Below the pieces are notes generated by a model. It was not told the origin of the DNA. It ran no database searches and saw only the letters and a list, made by a program, of their open reading frames with translations. A stretch of 58,769 bases of DNA, filler included, from Bacteriovoracaceae bacterium (lineage in GTDB: Bacteria > Bdellovibrionota > Bacteriovoracia > Bacteriovoracales > Bacteriovoracaceae): NCBI GenBank assembly GCA_018649885.1. It is 3 parts of 3 records of this genome, joined end to end, with 100 filler letters (N's around TTAATTAATTAA, not from the genome) between each part and the next. Parts side by side here need not be neighbours in the genome. Positions count along the whole stretch, not along the records: positions 40,284 to 58,769 come from JABIHA010000089.1; 2 more parts are not named here. One strand, given 5' to 3'. Below are positions 58,630-58,769 of the stretch, piece after piece; the stretch's first letter is position 1, and every line of letters starts with the position of its first letter. Position numbers and translations under genes: made by a program.

Positions 58630-58769
58630 TGGATTGGACCCCATTTGAAGCTACCGATTGTTAGCTGATTTTTGATACTCTAGTGGACTTTTCATTCCAA
58701 GTCCAGAATGCGGGGCCACACAATTATAATCTTTGAACCATTCAGGTAGCATTTTTAAAACTACCTTCG
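58630..58769 (-). mobile_element. IS3-family (IS2-like) element, right end with transposase C-terminus
   Basis: Minus strand translates to KVVLKMLPEWFKDYNCVAPHSGLGMKSPLEYQKSANNR* (integrase-core 'YN..PHS.LG..SP'). Terminal sequence TGGATTGGACCCC gives a TG...CA type end. Confidence 0.85.

Overview
The window is three contigs joined by artificial 100-nt linkers (N44-TTAATTAATTAA-N44 at 26894-26993 and 40184-40283), so adjacency across the linkers is not real. The many secreted hydrolases and lipoproteins suggest a Bdellovibrionota (Bacteriovorax/Halobacteriovorax-like) genome; this is an inference. Contig 1 (1-26893) carries the end of a respiratory nitrate reductase operon (narHJI) running directly into an alternative complex III cluster (actABCDEF), then a nitrate transporter fused to a DoxX-like domain, nnrS and a CBS protein. 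It also carries the most notable locus: a group II-like reverse transcriptase (14099-15415), a ~195-nt structured non-coding segment with its own promoter-like signal and a ~28-bp closing stem (15458-15652), and a small Zn-ribbon/WYL-like protein (15687-16061). This is a candidate RT-ncRNA-partner system that does not fit the standard layouts of retrons, DGRs, group II introns or CRISPR-RTs. Secreted proteins and an IS66 end follow. Contig 2 (26994-40183) is part of a conjugative element: compact VirB4/B5/B6/B10-type T4SS, candidate oriT, MOB_C-like relaxase, VirD4 and a DEDDh-BRCT exonuclease, then cargo genes bounded by five copies of a ~55-bp repeat and a 56-bp palindrome. Contig 3 (40284-58769) starts with another IS66 end, carries hydrolases and housekeeping genes (queD, tyrS, rnhA, an ABC transporter, an FKBP) and ends in an IS3/IS2-like element inserted into a lipoprotein gene. 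All calls come from reading motifs by eye; no searches or folding programs were run.
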